Source: Octopus sinensis
Lineage: Eukaryota
DNA: 64,000 nt
Direction of reading: 5' to 3'
Assembly (NCBI RefSeq): GCF_006345805.1
Contig: NC_043006.1
Coordinates: 60,512,001 to 60,576,000, forward strand
The position numbers and the translations under genes were made by a program. The first letter of the stretch is position 1; the number at the start of each line of letters is the position of its first letter. The notes under the pieces are model-generated. The model had not been told where the DNA came from. It was given only the letters and a program-made list of their open reading frames with translations, and made no database searches. Below, piece by piece: positions 1-11,465 of this stretch.

Positions 1-100
1 AATTTTAATACATATTAAATAAGAAAATATCCAACACAACAAATTTCAAGTTAAAAGCCATTCCCCGTGTATACATGCTTATAAAACATATATATAATAC

Positions 101-101
<1 letters not shown>

Positions 102-131
<30 letters not shown>

Positions 132-201
132 CATACATACATACATACATACATACATACAGACATACATACATACATACATACATACATACATACATAC
201 A
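102..201. repeat. (TACA)n microsatellite
   Basis: Direct tandem TACA run. One of many (TA)n/(TG)n/(TACA)n tracts that generate the [12 protein letters not shown] ORFs. Confidence 0.95.
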
Positions 202-420
202 TACACACGTATATACATACATAGATAGACAGCGGTACTTTGACATACGAATGTTCCTACGAACGAATTTTTGAACGCCACTGTTTAAAGATCTGTGTGC
301 TTCGATATATATACTATTACAAAAACAAAACAAAACAATGTACACACACACATATATATATATATATAATAAAAGAAGGAACATGCACACAGTTCACATA
401 GTTTTAGTCTATTTTATAAT

Positions 421-552
421 TGAAAGAGTATTGTGTTTGTGGACCGGTTTGTTGACCCGTACACAACGTTAATAAGAAAATACGATACTACCATAATTTC
501 AATGTCATGATTAGCGAAAGTGAAACCGACCAACAAATACAATACTCTTTCA
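421..552. repeat. Short inverted-repeat element (~30-bp arms, MITE-like)
   Basis: TGAAAGAGTATTGTGTTTGTGGACCGGTTT at 421 versus AAACCGACCAACAAATACAATACTCTTTCA ending at 552. Confidence 0.6.
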
Positions 553-629
553 CTTATAAAATATATTAACAAATATATTAAAACTACGTAAACCGTGTGC
601 AGTTTCCTTCTTTTATTATATATATATTA

Positions 630-663
<34 letters not shown>

Positions 664-2439
664 TGCTCACCACGTGGGGATAATCGGAATTCTTCTCTTC
701 ACTTTTTCTTACTATATATATACACACACAAACATACATGGAAATGTATGTGGGTATGTGAAACGTGTGTACTTATGCTTCAATGCGTGTAGAAGTAGGC
801 AGATAGAAGAAATAAGCTAATATAATGCGTAAAAATTGAGAATATAATAAAGATACACCTTTAGGTTTTCTTTTTAGATCAACTTCTTTAGTTTCGTTTA
901 CAATCTTGTAATAAATAATATTGATAATCTCCAAAGTTTAATAGACTCTTGATATTTAGAGAATTATCATTACTTGATATACCGAAGTGTGTTATTATTA
1001 AAGCAATATCGAAATATTTAGATTGAAAGTGATGCAAAGCAAAATAATATTCTCATGCTTTATGCACCATTCTCTGGCGAAATAATTTAATTGGTATTTC
1101 AAAGGGATGATATTGGCATTTAAGATTTGATTAGTGAGATATATAGAAGGAAATCCATAAACAAACGATCAATATTTTCTTCTAAAGATTTACTTCCGAG
1201 TGTGAAAATAAATTCGCATTAATCATCAGATAAGTAATATTTGTATGCAATATATAGTATATATTAATAATTATGTTGTGTCTTACGTATTTTTGAAATT
1301 AATTTACCCGAAAATGTTATACTGTGAGAAAACATTGTCTGTAAAGATTAATACACAACATTAAACATTTTTTTAACTCAGCATAACAAATTTAATACAT
1401 ATTTTGCAAGAATGAGTCCAGATCCCACGTTTCATTATCACCTCCTACGCAAATTCTCTATTTCTTTTTATAACTATAACATGTATACAAACAATAATAG
1501 TAACTACAACACCAATAGGTGTTAATATCAATATTAATGTGAATAACTACGAAAATGGTAAGGTAAATCAAAATCTTAACCCGAGCCTATAAAGAGATTT
1601 GTCTTCGTCTACACTATCTATAGCAAACATCAACTAAACCTGCAATCGGCTATGTTTTGGAAGAAAAAATCAAAAGAGTTATGAAAACTTATCTCTCTTC
1701 AGCTTCAACATATTCTGAAGCATGTATAATGCGAGCTGATCACATCGTGGTTTTGTCAATCGCTGGTGAGTAGCCTTTGATTTTTGTGTCGCAATCAAAA
1801 GTCCTTCATTCTCAGTTTTGAATTCTGGATTTCGGAGAGTGACAAGATTTCTCTTTATCCTCCACCGTTATTTATTTTCTTAGTTGCTGGCCATACAGTG
1901 TAAACGATACTATAGTTTTCACACAACATTCAGTTCCCCACTCCCATTTAATGCATATTTTTTGTTAAATACTCACGGTTTCTGTTATTATCTATCCCTT
2001 CTCCGCACAAAATCTATTACTTCTCCCGTTGACATGCTCTATGACTTTATACATGTTTTGTAGTTAAACGCATTAGCTTGGCCGTGTTTCATACTAGATA
2101 CTTTTGTAGGCTTCAGTTTTATCAGTTGATCACCTTACAGTTTTCACTATGACTAAATGTTGGTGTTAGTGTTATTTTTTTAAAATATGATTACTCTGAT
2201 AGCACAGACATACAATCAAGCCAGCCAGTCATTCAACATTCATTCAGTTTTTTTCATATACCTGCATTATTTGAGATGAGTTTATTCTTAACGATTGAGT
2301 GTGATTTGATGGCTAAGTGAGTGATCCCATGGAATCTCTCTTATACATCGTTTTGTCCTTATTGACAAGATATGCTAAGGTTATGATATGAATATTTCAC
2401 TCACGCGTTGTTTCATTCATTCTTATTGCATTCATATTC

Positions 2440-2660
2440 TTTCAAAATCCTCAGCAGCGTAATTGAAGTTACACAGAGTTCACATCTCTTCAGCCATGTT
2501 GCTAGTGCTTGCACCAACAATAGCGAACTTCATTTGATACGCACGCATCACCTATAAAACGATCGTGTTGTGCATTAACTATACGATAATTCGCCTCAGG
2601 ATCAAGAAATATCAAAACAAATGATTCTTTCAAATGAAGTTTCGAACAAATACGTACATT
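2440..2660 (-). pseudogene. Decayed mariner-like transposase N-terminal (HTH) remnant
   Basis: Minus-strand translation GDACVSNEVRYCWCKH*QHG*RDV resembles the mariner YGDxCxSxxxVxxWxKxFKxGxxDV segment. Stops present. Confidence 0.35.
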
Positions 2661-3176
2661 GATCAATGTTTGAGCACCACAACATGCAAACATGAATTCA
2701 GGCAATTTGAATATCCGTTTCCGGTACGTTTCTAGAAATAACATTACATATCGGAAATATTTCCTTCTATTCCTTAGCATATTCAAGAATTATTTGATGC
2801 TTTATATGACGTATTATGTGAACAAAACGATTTATGATAGCACAACGAATTGTAGTGTACATTTTCGAGCTTATTGTTTCTGCTTCGCCATATCAGTAAT
2901 AAATAAATCATTTTTTCATTGGTGAATTAGAATTATCATATCATATGATAATACGGATTTCTTAAAGAAGAGATAATGATATTTGCTTTCATAATCATAC
3001 ATTAAACCATACGGTTTTTATGCAGGCATAACAATTTGACCAAGAAGTTTGCTTGGCCTCGGTTCGGATTAACTAGGCGCGAATTCGAACCTGCTCTGGC
3101 CACAAGTTGATCGTTTTCATGTGAGTGAAATTTAGTAGAAAGAATATATTTGGAAGATACACACACACACACACAG

Positions 3177-3228
<52 letters not shown>

Positions 3229-3229
<1 letters not shown>

Positions 3230-3769
3230 AAAGGGCTTAGTAAAATAAATTACTTTGCCGCATACTGAACTCATTAGAAATAGCAGCTAAAAAACTTTTT
3301 TAAGGCTATTTCTAATACTTAAAGAAAATCTCTCTCATATATAGTGTTTGCATAATTTAACTCACAAAAGTTTGGGGGTAATGACATCGAAAAATCAAAT
3401 GCTAAGGTTATTCGAGAACGTACGTTTCAAGATTAGTCAAAACAACATTTCTATCATCGGCTCGGAAATTCCTTGGTTTGGATTTGGAAACACTGAAAAT
3501 AAGAACATATGTGAGTTAAATTAAGAACTTTTGTGAGTTAAATTATGCAAACACTATATATGAGAGAGATTTTCTTTAAGTATTAGAAATAGCCTTAAAA
3601 AAGTTTTTTAGCTGCTATTTCTAATGAGTTCAGTATGCGGCAAAGTAATTTATTTTACTAAGCCCTTTTATATAATGTAATAATTTGAATTCGCCTTGAA
3701 TGGTCCCTTTGCATACTGAACACTTGGTGAAATTGATTAATAATTAATTAATTTTGCCCTCAATTGTTG

Positions 3770-3779
<10 letters not shown>
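3229..3779. mobile_element. Foldback copy of an interspersed repeat family (identical ~144-bp inverted arms 3229-3372 / 3526-3670)
   Basis: Arms are exact reverse complements by inspection. The same family recurs at 50650-51613. Confidence 0.85.
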
Positions 3780-3812
<33 letters not shown>

Positions 3813-4202
3813 GTAGTGAACCCGCGTATGCCTAGGTTCACGTATATTAGCGTGTCTGCATGTTTGATTCCTGAACCGGGTGTCTCTTTGTATTCTTGAG
3901 AAAGCCACAACTCTGCCCTGCAAATATTGCTGTAACAAGTGGTAGTCAGGTGCTGAAAATTGATAAAAAATATATCGATGACAATAACGCAAAAGTAATA
4001 ATTAAGAAAATAATACATGAAAGTAATAATAACTTCGATTACATTGACCCCAAAACTTGGATGATACTTATTTTATCGAACCTCAAGTGGGTGAGGGCTT
4101 GGGCGACCTCAAGGAGATTGGAACTAAGAACGTAAAGAGACAGAGAAAGTACCGCTCAACATTCTTTCCGAAGCGCTAACAAATCTGCTAGTTCCCCGTC
4201 TT

Positions 4203-4249
<47 letters not shown>

Positions 4250-4273
4250 TGATGATGATGATGATAATAATAA

Positions 4274-4741
4274 TTCCAGAAGGAGTTACTGAGAATGAAG
4301 ATTGTAAAATCCTGTGAGATGCAATGATTCAGGATGACCATCAGATCAGACATCGGAAGCCTGACATTATCGCGAACAAAAAAGAAAATAACTAGCATGA
4401 TAACCGACATAGCATGTCCCGGTGACAAAGGATCAAAGAGGAAGAAGAAGGAAAATTGAACAACTATGACAAGTTGAAGCAGGTTTTGGGCAAGGAAGAG
4501 AGTGGACGTGATACCAATAGTAATAGGCGTGTTGAAACTATCAACACGTAGCTACCAACATGACTTAAAGACATTGGTACCATCAAAAAGATTGGAACAC
4601 TTACAAAAATCATTATTGTGAGTGTTCTCTGCAGGGTTCTGAAAGCATGTTCAGTAAACAATTGCCATCTTAGTCTGCTGGCTGTTGACAGCTGACACAT
4701 TCCATCATACCCAGCAAAATAAGCTGAGAGTCTTCATCAAA
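4274..4741 (+). mobile_element. 5'-truncated R4/Dong-clade LINE 3' end (restriction-like endonuclease remnant)
   Basis: Broken translation PEGVTENEDCKIL*DAMIQ..HQIRHRKPDII..ITDIACPGD..VDVIPIVIG matches the RLE PD-(D/E)xK region. Preceded by (TAA)n/(GAT)n and followed by an (AAC/AAT)n tail. Confidence 0.75.
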
Positions 4742-6384
4742 TAACAACAACGACGATGACAACAATAGCAACAACAACAACAATAATAGCAATAATAATA
4801 AAAGCTCTTGTGAATTTCTGGTAAAAATTCCTAAGCATTAACATGTGAATTACACATACACGCTCGCGTATGTAAATTGAATAGACAAGTATACAGACAA
4901 AATCTGTGTGTTCACACATTCTACGTACACGGGCATACTTACACGATCATACATACCCGCACACAATGAAAACACAAACACACACACACATAGGTTCATA
5001 GATGTATTGATGAAAAATGGGGATGTGAAAGGGAAATAATCTTACACTTATACAAGTGCATTGTTCGTTCCTTCACCGTAGCCTCAGAAGAATTGTCTCC
5101 AAAATATCGGTTTAATTATACATACACGGGATTAGCTGAATTTCCATTAATTAGTGTTATGGCATACTACTCCCTGTTTCAAATATAGTGCCTGAACATG
5201 TTCTATATCTTAACCATTTCACAAAGCACATAAAGCTGAAATTCTCCATTAGCATCATTAAAATAAATTTCAAATAATGTGATTGTAGTTCATTTAAGAA
5301 ACCCTCTCCTTTAACAGAAATGTTTAAGTGAAACGAAATATAACATGCAAGTAAATGCGAGCGATATAACCGACTGGTCTTTTGCAAGTACTTGGTGAAC
5401 ACTTTATCTTCTTGCTGTTCACTTAAGGTTTGTCAGCCAATCTTAGTTAATTTCTCTTCAATCAATATTCTAGGAAATTTACTTAAATATAGTACTACAA
5501 TCCTAAGTTATAATTCTTGTTATACTAGTCGTTAATTTGATGAGGTTCTGCAGCTATATTCCAAGTGACAGTTGAACCTTATTATTACTATATCCGTTTG
5601 CATTCATATGCAGTGAAACAGGAGAATTAACTTGGTTCAAGGAAGAGAGCAGTTATGGCAGGTTATGAAACATCAACCTTTAAGTTGATAGTTTGACCTT
5701 GCACAGCTGGACGAGCTGTGAATTAGTGAAAGTGTAGAAAAACAAAAAGAAGCGGAAAATGCAATTATCTGATATCTTAATGGGATGAAATTATGAGCAC
5801 GCTACAAAATGGAATAATGAGAAACAACAGACATTAGAAACAAAATAATCAAAGGAATGAAAACATAAAAACAATTACCTAGAACGAAAGTAAACAATAA
5901 ATTATATCGGAATTCGAAATAATATCATTGAAAAATAAAGAAAGAATAATATAGGAAATTACTGATGTTGTTAAGTTCATACTAATCTGAACTTTAAAAG
6001 AAATGTTTGTGAAAATATCTTCTCAAATTACGCATGCAAAGGAAAATGAAACGAAATTTGATTAATGAATCAATCGATAGTGGTTCTTTCTCTTTTTTTT
6101 CCTGTGTTAGTACTAAAAGATCAGTTGCAGAATGCGTAATACTATTCTTTTATCTATATTTCATTGCATTTATATTCCCGACAACATTTTAACAAATAAC
6201 GAAACTATAATGAATTAAAGAAAAAAATGGAATTCTGTTCAAATTAATTCTAATCGCTTATTGTTGCGTATTAAATGGTGACACAAGTACAAATATAATT
6301 AAATGTGTTATTCTAGCTAAATATGCAGTCTAGCAAACACATAATACACACGTATATGTATGTTGTTTTCTCTTTGTAATGATT

Positions 6385-9240
6385 TAAATTCTTCCTCTGC
6401 AAAAGAAGCTGGTTGCCAACAAAGATACAAATCTCTATCGTTGGAATGTAAATAACAAAAACAATGTCACATTTTAAACATGAGAACATCTTGCAAATTT
6501 TACTGCCTCGCTTACAGATTGTACAAGTTATGTGCGAGTTGGTTGGTTGATTTCTTTTCCTGAAAACCTTAACTTATCCAGATTGTCATTTAGGTATTTA
6601 CTCACAACTTACTTAAGGCGGCGAGCTGGCAGAAACGTTAGCACGTCGGGCGAAATGCTTAGCGATATTTCGTCTGCCGTTACGTTGTGAGTTCAAATTC
6701 CGCCGAGGTCGACTTTGCCTTTCATCCTTTCGGGGTCGATAAATTAAGTACCAGTTACGCACTGGGATCGATGTAATCGACTTAATACCTATGTCTGTCC
6801 TTGTTTGTCCCCTCTGTGTTTAGCCCCCTGTGGGTAATAAAGAAATAGGTATTTACTCACAAAAAGAAGTGCACCAATTATTATTGGTGTAAATATGAAT
6901 TTATAGTCTGGATAGAGAAGTTGGAAGTTTTGAATAAGTTGACCATAACTATCCTCTTTCGCTTTGATTTTCAAAGAGATATTCACATCAGCAGAACAGC
7001 TGCCCTCTATGACGGAACATAAATTTTCTTGTCTCCCCCCCCCCCAAATGCGGCCTGTGTTGTTTACACTTAACAAGTATTTTGATGCAAATATTCCATT
7101 TGTATTCCTTGTGTTGATGTTGGTGTATATGTTCAATAACAGAAATATTCTTTATATTTATTTCAGGATACTCTTATTTCCGAATAACATTGTATATTAG
7201 TTTTTGCGACAACGTCGTGTCACATACGGAGTTAGTACTTCAATGACATTGTTGGGCACCTGTCTGTGGTAGCATGTTGTATGGGAGATAATCAGGAAGA
7301 GAGTTCCTCCTGGAGAGCTCGCTGCAGATGCGTAGGATATTATCCTCTTCACTTTTCAGCACTAAGTTAATGCATGCATTTTTGATATTATTTAGCAAGT
7401 GCTGCCTGGGAGGGACTATATGATATTCGAAGGCTGTCTGCGTTGATCTCAAGCCTCCATCTCCATTTCTTTTCTTGTTTTGTAGAATCTGTCTATATCA
7501 CTATTGCTGTGGAGATTTTCCCCTGGATCTTGGGAGTTTTAATGTTTTTGTACACCAGGGAAGTATCTCAGATATTGGAATCAGCACTAGTACTACAAAG
7601 GCATTGTTTTGTTGTAAGACAAGAATTCCTAGGTATTTGTAGCATTCTTTGCGAGGAACAGGAAAGATAGCGAAACCACTGATACACGTGTTGGGTCTTG
7701 GAGACTGATATTCCCCGTTCAACAAACAAATATGAACATTTCGTTTGGCCAAATTTCATTCTTATGCCATCTGAAAACATTCTTATCAATTCCAGTTGTT
7801 TGCGTGGCATTCAATTTATATTACATGCTGTGGGGATGAACATTCTGGTAGTTTTTAGCAGGTAGGTGGCAACTATTTACATAAGTTTCGATATATCAAG
7901 GTTCATTGACTTAGTCCAGTTTGACCGATTAAGCATATCTAAATGTACTTCCAGAAAAAATACTGTGTAACACCAAGTAAGCAAATAAATTTACTACTAC
8001 TGCAGGAAAATTTCTATTGCAGTGATATGATGAAAAGAATTTTCTCATTTTAAAGTCATTTAGCAGAGAATTACGATGCCTATAGCGAGTGAATATTCAA
8101 CTAGAGTTAATGCTTTGATAGGATTGTTGTTTACTTTGAACATCTGTTGGTCGACGTCCTTAGCATGCAAAAAGGGGCACGTAGTTTATTGTACAGGTGG
8201 AGGAGACGAGAAAATACGAGTGATATGATAGACTAACACTTCAAGAAATGGGTGAACAATCTGTCTTTTTGTTGTTGACTTAAGGTGTGCCACCTGCAAT
8301 AACTTCATTCCTCTTCAATGAATATTCGACGAATTTCTCTTGAATGTATTCCTGCTATCTGAACTTATACTTCATATATAGCGGCAAATTAAAAATTAGA
8401 GCAAGCTCTACTGATATATGCCAGCTGTTATTTGAACATTAATAATATATACTTTTGTAATGATGATAAAACGGTTCAGCAGAGTACAGAAGCATTGCCT
8501 GCCATCAAGTTGAAATCCTTGTCAGAATGAGAGAAAACAAAATCATCAGTGGCTACAGTTCCAGCTGTTTGTGGATTGTAACTATTGCGTCATTAGTGAA
8601 CATTTAACTGATGATGAATGATACGCGTAGCTTTTCTTAGTTCTGAGGTGAGATAGATTAAAGTTCCTTCCACATGATCCTGTATGCAGATAAATTCCAC
8701 TGTTGTATCACTAAAACTATGGTTCAGCAGCATAGTAAATAAGATTTTAAACAGTGTAAGAGAGTGTTCACAGCTTTATTTTATGCTGTTGAGAATATTG
8801 AAGGAGCCATTGAAGCTACTGTTGATTACTGTTCCTTAGTTTATTAGCACTGCCCGCTTGATGTTGATATGCATGAGTTACATAAGAAGTGCCTTCACCG
8901 TGGAACAGGTTAATCATATTGATGAAGTCGATGAAGCCGACATACAAGAGCGTTTGCTCCACTCAGTAATTCTTGTTGATGAAAGTAGAAGGCCATATCA
9001 ACTACTGATCTTTCAGTCCGGAAATTGCATTGTGACTTTTGATTTAGAGGTCCGGTCAGTTTCTGCAGGCAATTCAAGGTGATCAAAACTTAAGTTTTGC
9101 TGAGAAAATTAAGGATAGCGATGTCTCTGAAATTGGTTCAATAGCCTTCTTCTTAGACAGAGTGGTAATCATAGCATTCCTCTCGCGTTGAGCTGCTGTA
9201 CATCCTTTCTGGCACTGATTCCCATGCTCACTTCCCAATT
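6385..9240 (-). mobile_element. Decayed R4/Dong-clade LINE (RT plus RLE remnants), interrupted by a SINE
   Basis: FSDGIRMKFGQTKC and YKYLGIL (RT end), *HDVVAK (zinc-finger end), IEGSCSADVNISLKIKAKEDSYGQLIQNFQLLYPDYKFIFTPIIIGAL (RLE). Extent beyond ~7900 is less certain. Confidence 0.7.
6615..6845 (+). mobile_element. tRNA-derived SINE family A, full length, 17-bp TSD
   Basis: GGCGGCGAGCTGGCAG head with A/B-box-like motifs, central GCCTTTCATCCTTTCGGGGTCGATAAA domain, AATAAAGAAA end. TSD TAGGTATTTACTCACAA at 6591-6607 and 6846-6862. Confidence 0.9.
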
Positions 9241-10167
9241 ACACAGTCCCAGGTTCGATACCACTGAATGATATCTTACTCAAGTATGTATGAAAACTAG
9301 GTGAAACTCAACTGTATTAATGTCTGCATCAATGTCGAGAAAAGACGAAGCGTCATAAAGTAAGAGTATAACAGAACACACACACACATATGCTTATGTG
9401 TACACACACATACACACCACACACAGAGACACACATATGCACACACAATCCTAATTGTCTTTCACACCCTCTCCACCATATTTGAACTCCCTGTGCCATA
9501 GAAAAACTGATTCTCCGCTCATACAAGATAATCCGTTAGGACTATGGAGTATTTCATAAGTTCCTATAGCATTTTTGTCCAACCTAACTCAAAACTTTAT
9601 TGTGTAACGAACATTTAAATTGTCTTCATATTCGACTGTATTCTACAAAGTGGTCAGCTGTGAGAAGGTGTGTTTAGTAGGATATGATCGAAGTACTGTT
9701 AGAAGCCGTCTCCTTCAACTTGGAGTATTTATGTTGGCAGGTCAGGTTATTAGATTTATAGTAATGATATACCAAAATTATAATAATTTAGCACAGTGAT
9801 AACTGCCTCTCAGTGAGTCTCAAACCTCCTTGAATATACCTCATATACGAGATGATGGTGAAAAGTTCCTAATTTTGGGTAAAAGTAAATACAGGAAGAT
9901 CAGTTAATAATGATTTTATTCAACATATTCTTCTCGCAGATTCACACACTTATTGCAGCAGATCTTCAGTTTTCCCAAGCCCTGTAAAAGAACTCGGGAG
10001 GTTAGAACTCTAGTTAGGCCTTTCCTTTCGCAATACCCTTAAAGCCATGCTTCGTATATATATATATGTATGTATGAAAGAAATAATTAAGATTCAGTTG
10101 AATTAGGCACTCAAGTTGAGGCACGAAATCAGTCCGGTATCGTCTGCACAGCTTGGAGTAAGGTGAA

Positions 10168-10743
10168 TAAAAAGCAAATAAGTAATAAGTATGCCCAGGT
10201 TTCAGTGCTTTACGGTCGTTTCAAGCGACTCTATTTAATCGATCAATGAAAACATTACATCAGTTTGAAATCAACCGCTCTCCTCGGAAGCTGACAACCA
10301 TATAGTTTTCCAACATACAGGCTATACCATTATAATATTTTGGTAAATTTTTCATCAGTACTAGTGAGTAAAATAACTACATCGCTTCTCTTTTCTGTTT
10401 TTGTGGCAGAATAAATTTAGAGAAAAAATATTAAAGCCTACTATAATTTAAAGTGGCAGAAGGAAATTATGGGGGTCAAGAAAGAGGAATGGTGTTATAG
10501 CTACATTCGTCTTTATCCTTATCACATTCAAAACAATATAATTATTTTAGTCTCTAGTACTGATGAACATTTTGCTAAAAAATTAGAAAGGTGAATCCTA
10601 TATGCTGGACATCTATATGGTCGTCTATTTTCGAGGAAAGCGGTTTATTTCAAATTGATTTGATGTTTTCATTGATCAATTAAATGGAGCCGCTTGAAAC
10701 GGCCGTAATGCACTGTTACCTGGACATCTTTGTTTCTTATTTC

Positions 10744-10746
<3 letters not shown>
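10168..10746. repeat. Diverged ~195-bp inverted repeat (10168-10364 / 10554-10746) with HHR-like motifs
   Basis: Arms align over their length, e.g. TCATCAGTACTAG vs CTAGTACTGATGA and GTCGTTTCAAGCGACTC vs GAGCCGCTTGAAACGGC. Confidence 0.75.
10207..10291 (-). ncRNA. Hammerhead-like motif with CCGAGGA core (U4C)
   Basis: Stem I GCTT/AAGC, core CCGAGGA, stem II GAGCGG/TCGCTT, GAAA, stem III ACGACCGT, cleavage triplet GUA. Confidence 0.45.
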
Positions 10747-10827
<81 letters not shown>

Positions 10828-11129
10828 GTGTGTGTGTGTGTGTGTGTGTGTGTCTGTGTCTGTGTATGTGTGTGTCTGTGTGTGTAAATGACATCATACA
10901 AATATTTGTTTTATACATACATACGTACGTACATACATACATACATGCAGAAATTTTCTTGCTTTTATACAGACAATATAACTCAAAAATTCAGTCTCTG
11001 TTTCGGATATATTTTGAGTAGCAGAGGGTGAAGGCGTAATCATGCTTAAAACTCCCTACTAAGTCCGTGCGTCAATAACATCGAGAACTTCTGGAGCTCT
11101 CAGAGTCTTATTCGAACCTCACAATTTGG

Positions 11130-11465
11130 AGTTACCCTTAACTCCAGCTGCTGTAGCCAAAACATTGAGTTTCTTGAGGATATTACCTGAATTACTAATG
11201 GCGGCTCATGGGTGGATGTTTTCTACCTTCACTTTCCTAAAGCCTTCAATTCTGTGCTACACAAACAACTGATGGCAAAACTCTTTGTCATGTGTGTGAA
11301 AGATGATCCTTTTAAATGGTTGACGTCCTTCATTCTTGGTCGAAAAAGGTAGTAGTAACGATTCTAGGACATCATTCTTCACCCTGTGAGATACATCTTG
11401 TGTACCACAAGGACCCGTTCTTGGACCCCCTACTGTTTGTTACATATATTAATGAAATATGACAA
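11130..11465 (+). pseudogene. CR1/Jockey-group LINE reverse transcriptase fragment
   Basis: Frameshifted LSFLEDIT..VDVFYLHFPKAFNSVLHKQLMAKL..WLTSF..VPQGPVLGP.LFVTYINE. Confidence 0.75.

Noticed and set aside
51-792. ORFs rich in [16 protein letters not shown], poly-I/N/L (here and throughout the window)
   Set aside because: Translations of microsatellites with no coding signal.
1160-1235. CTGATGA on the minus strand with a downstream GAAAATATT
   Set aside because: No stem II adjoining the core, G at position 17, and only a 2-bp stem I.
9915-9975. CTGAAGA..GCGA-GAAG-AATATGTT (minus), HHR-like
   Set aside because: GAAA is mutated, and stems I and III do not pair.
10100-10170. Possible RT ADDT remnant on the minus strand
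   Set aside because: Too short to support.
10559-10605. CTGATGA..GAAA-GGTGAATCCT-A
   Set aside because: The mirror arm lacks the GAAA and stem III, and stem II is poor. The better HHR lies further out in the same arm.
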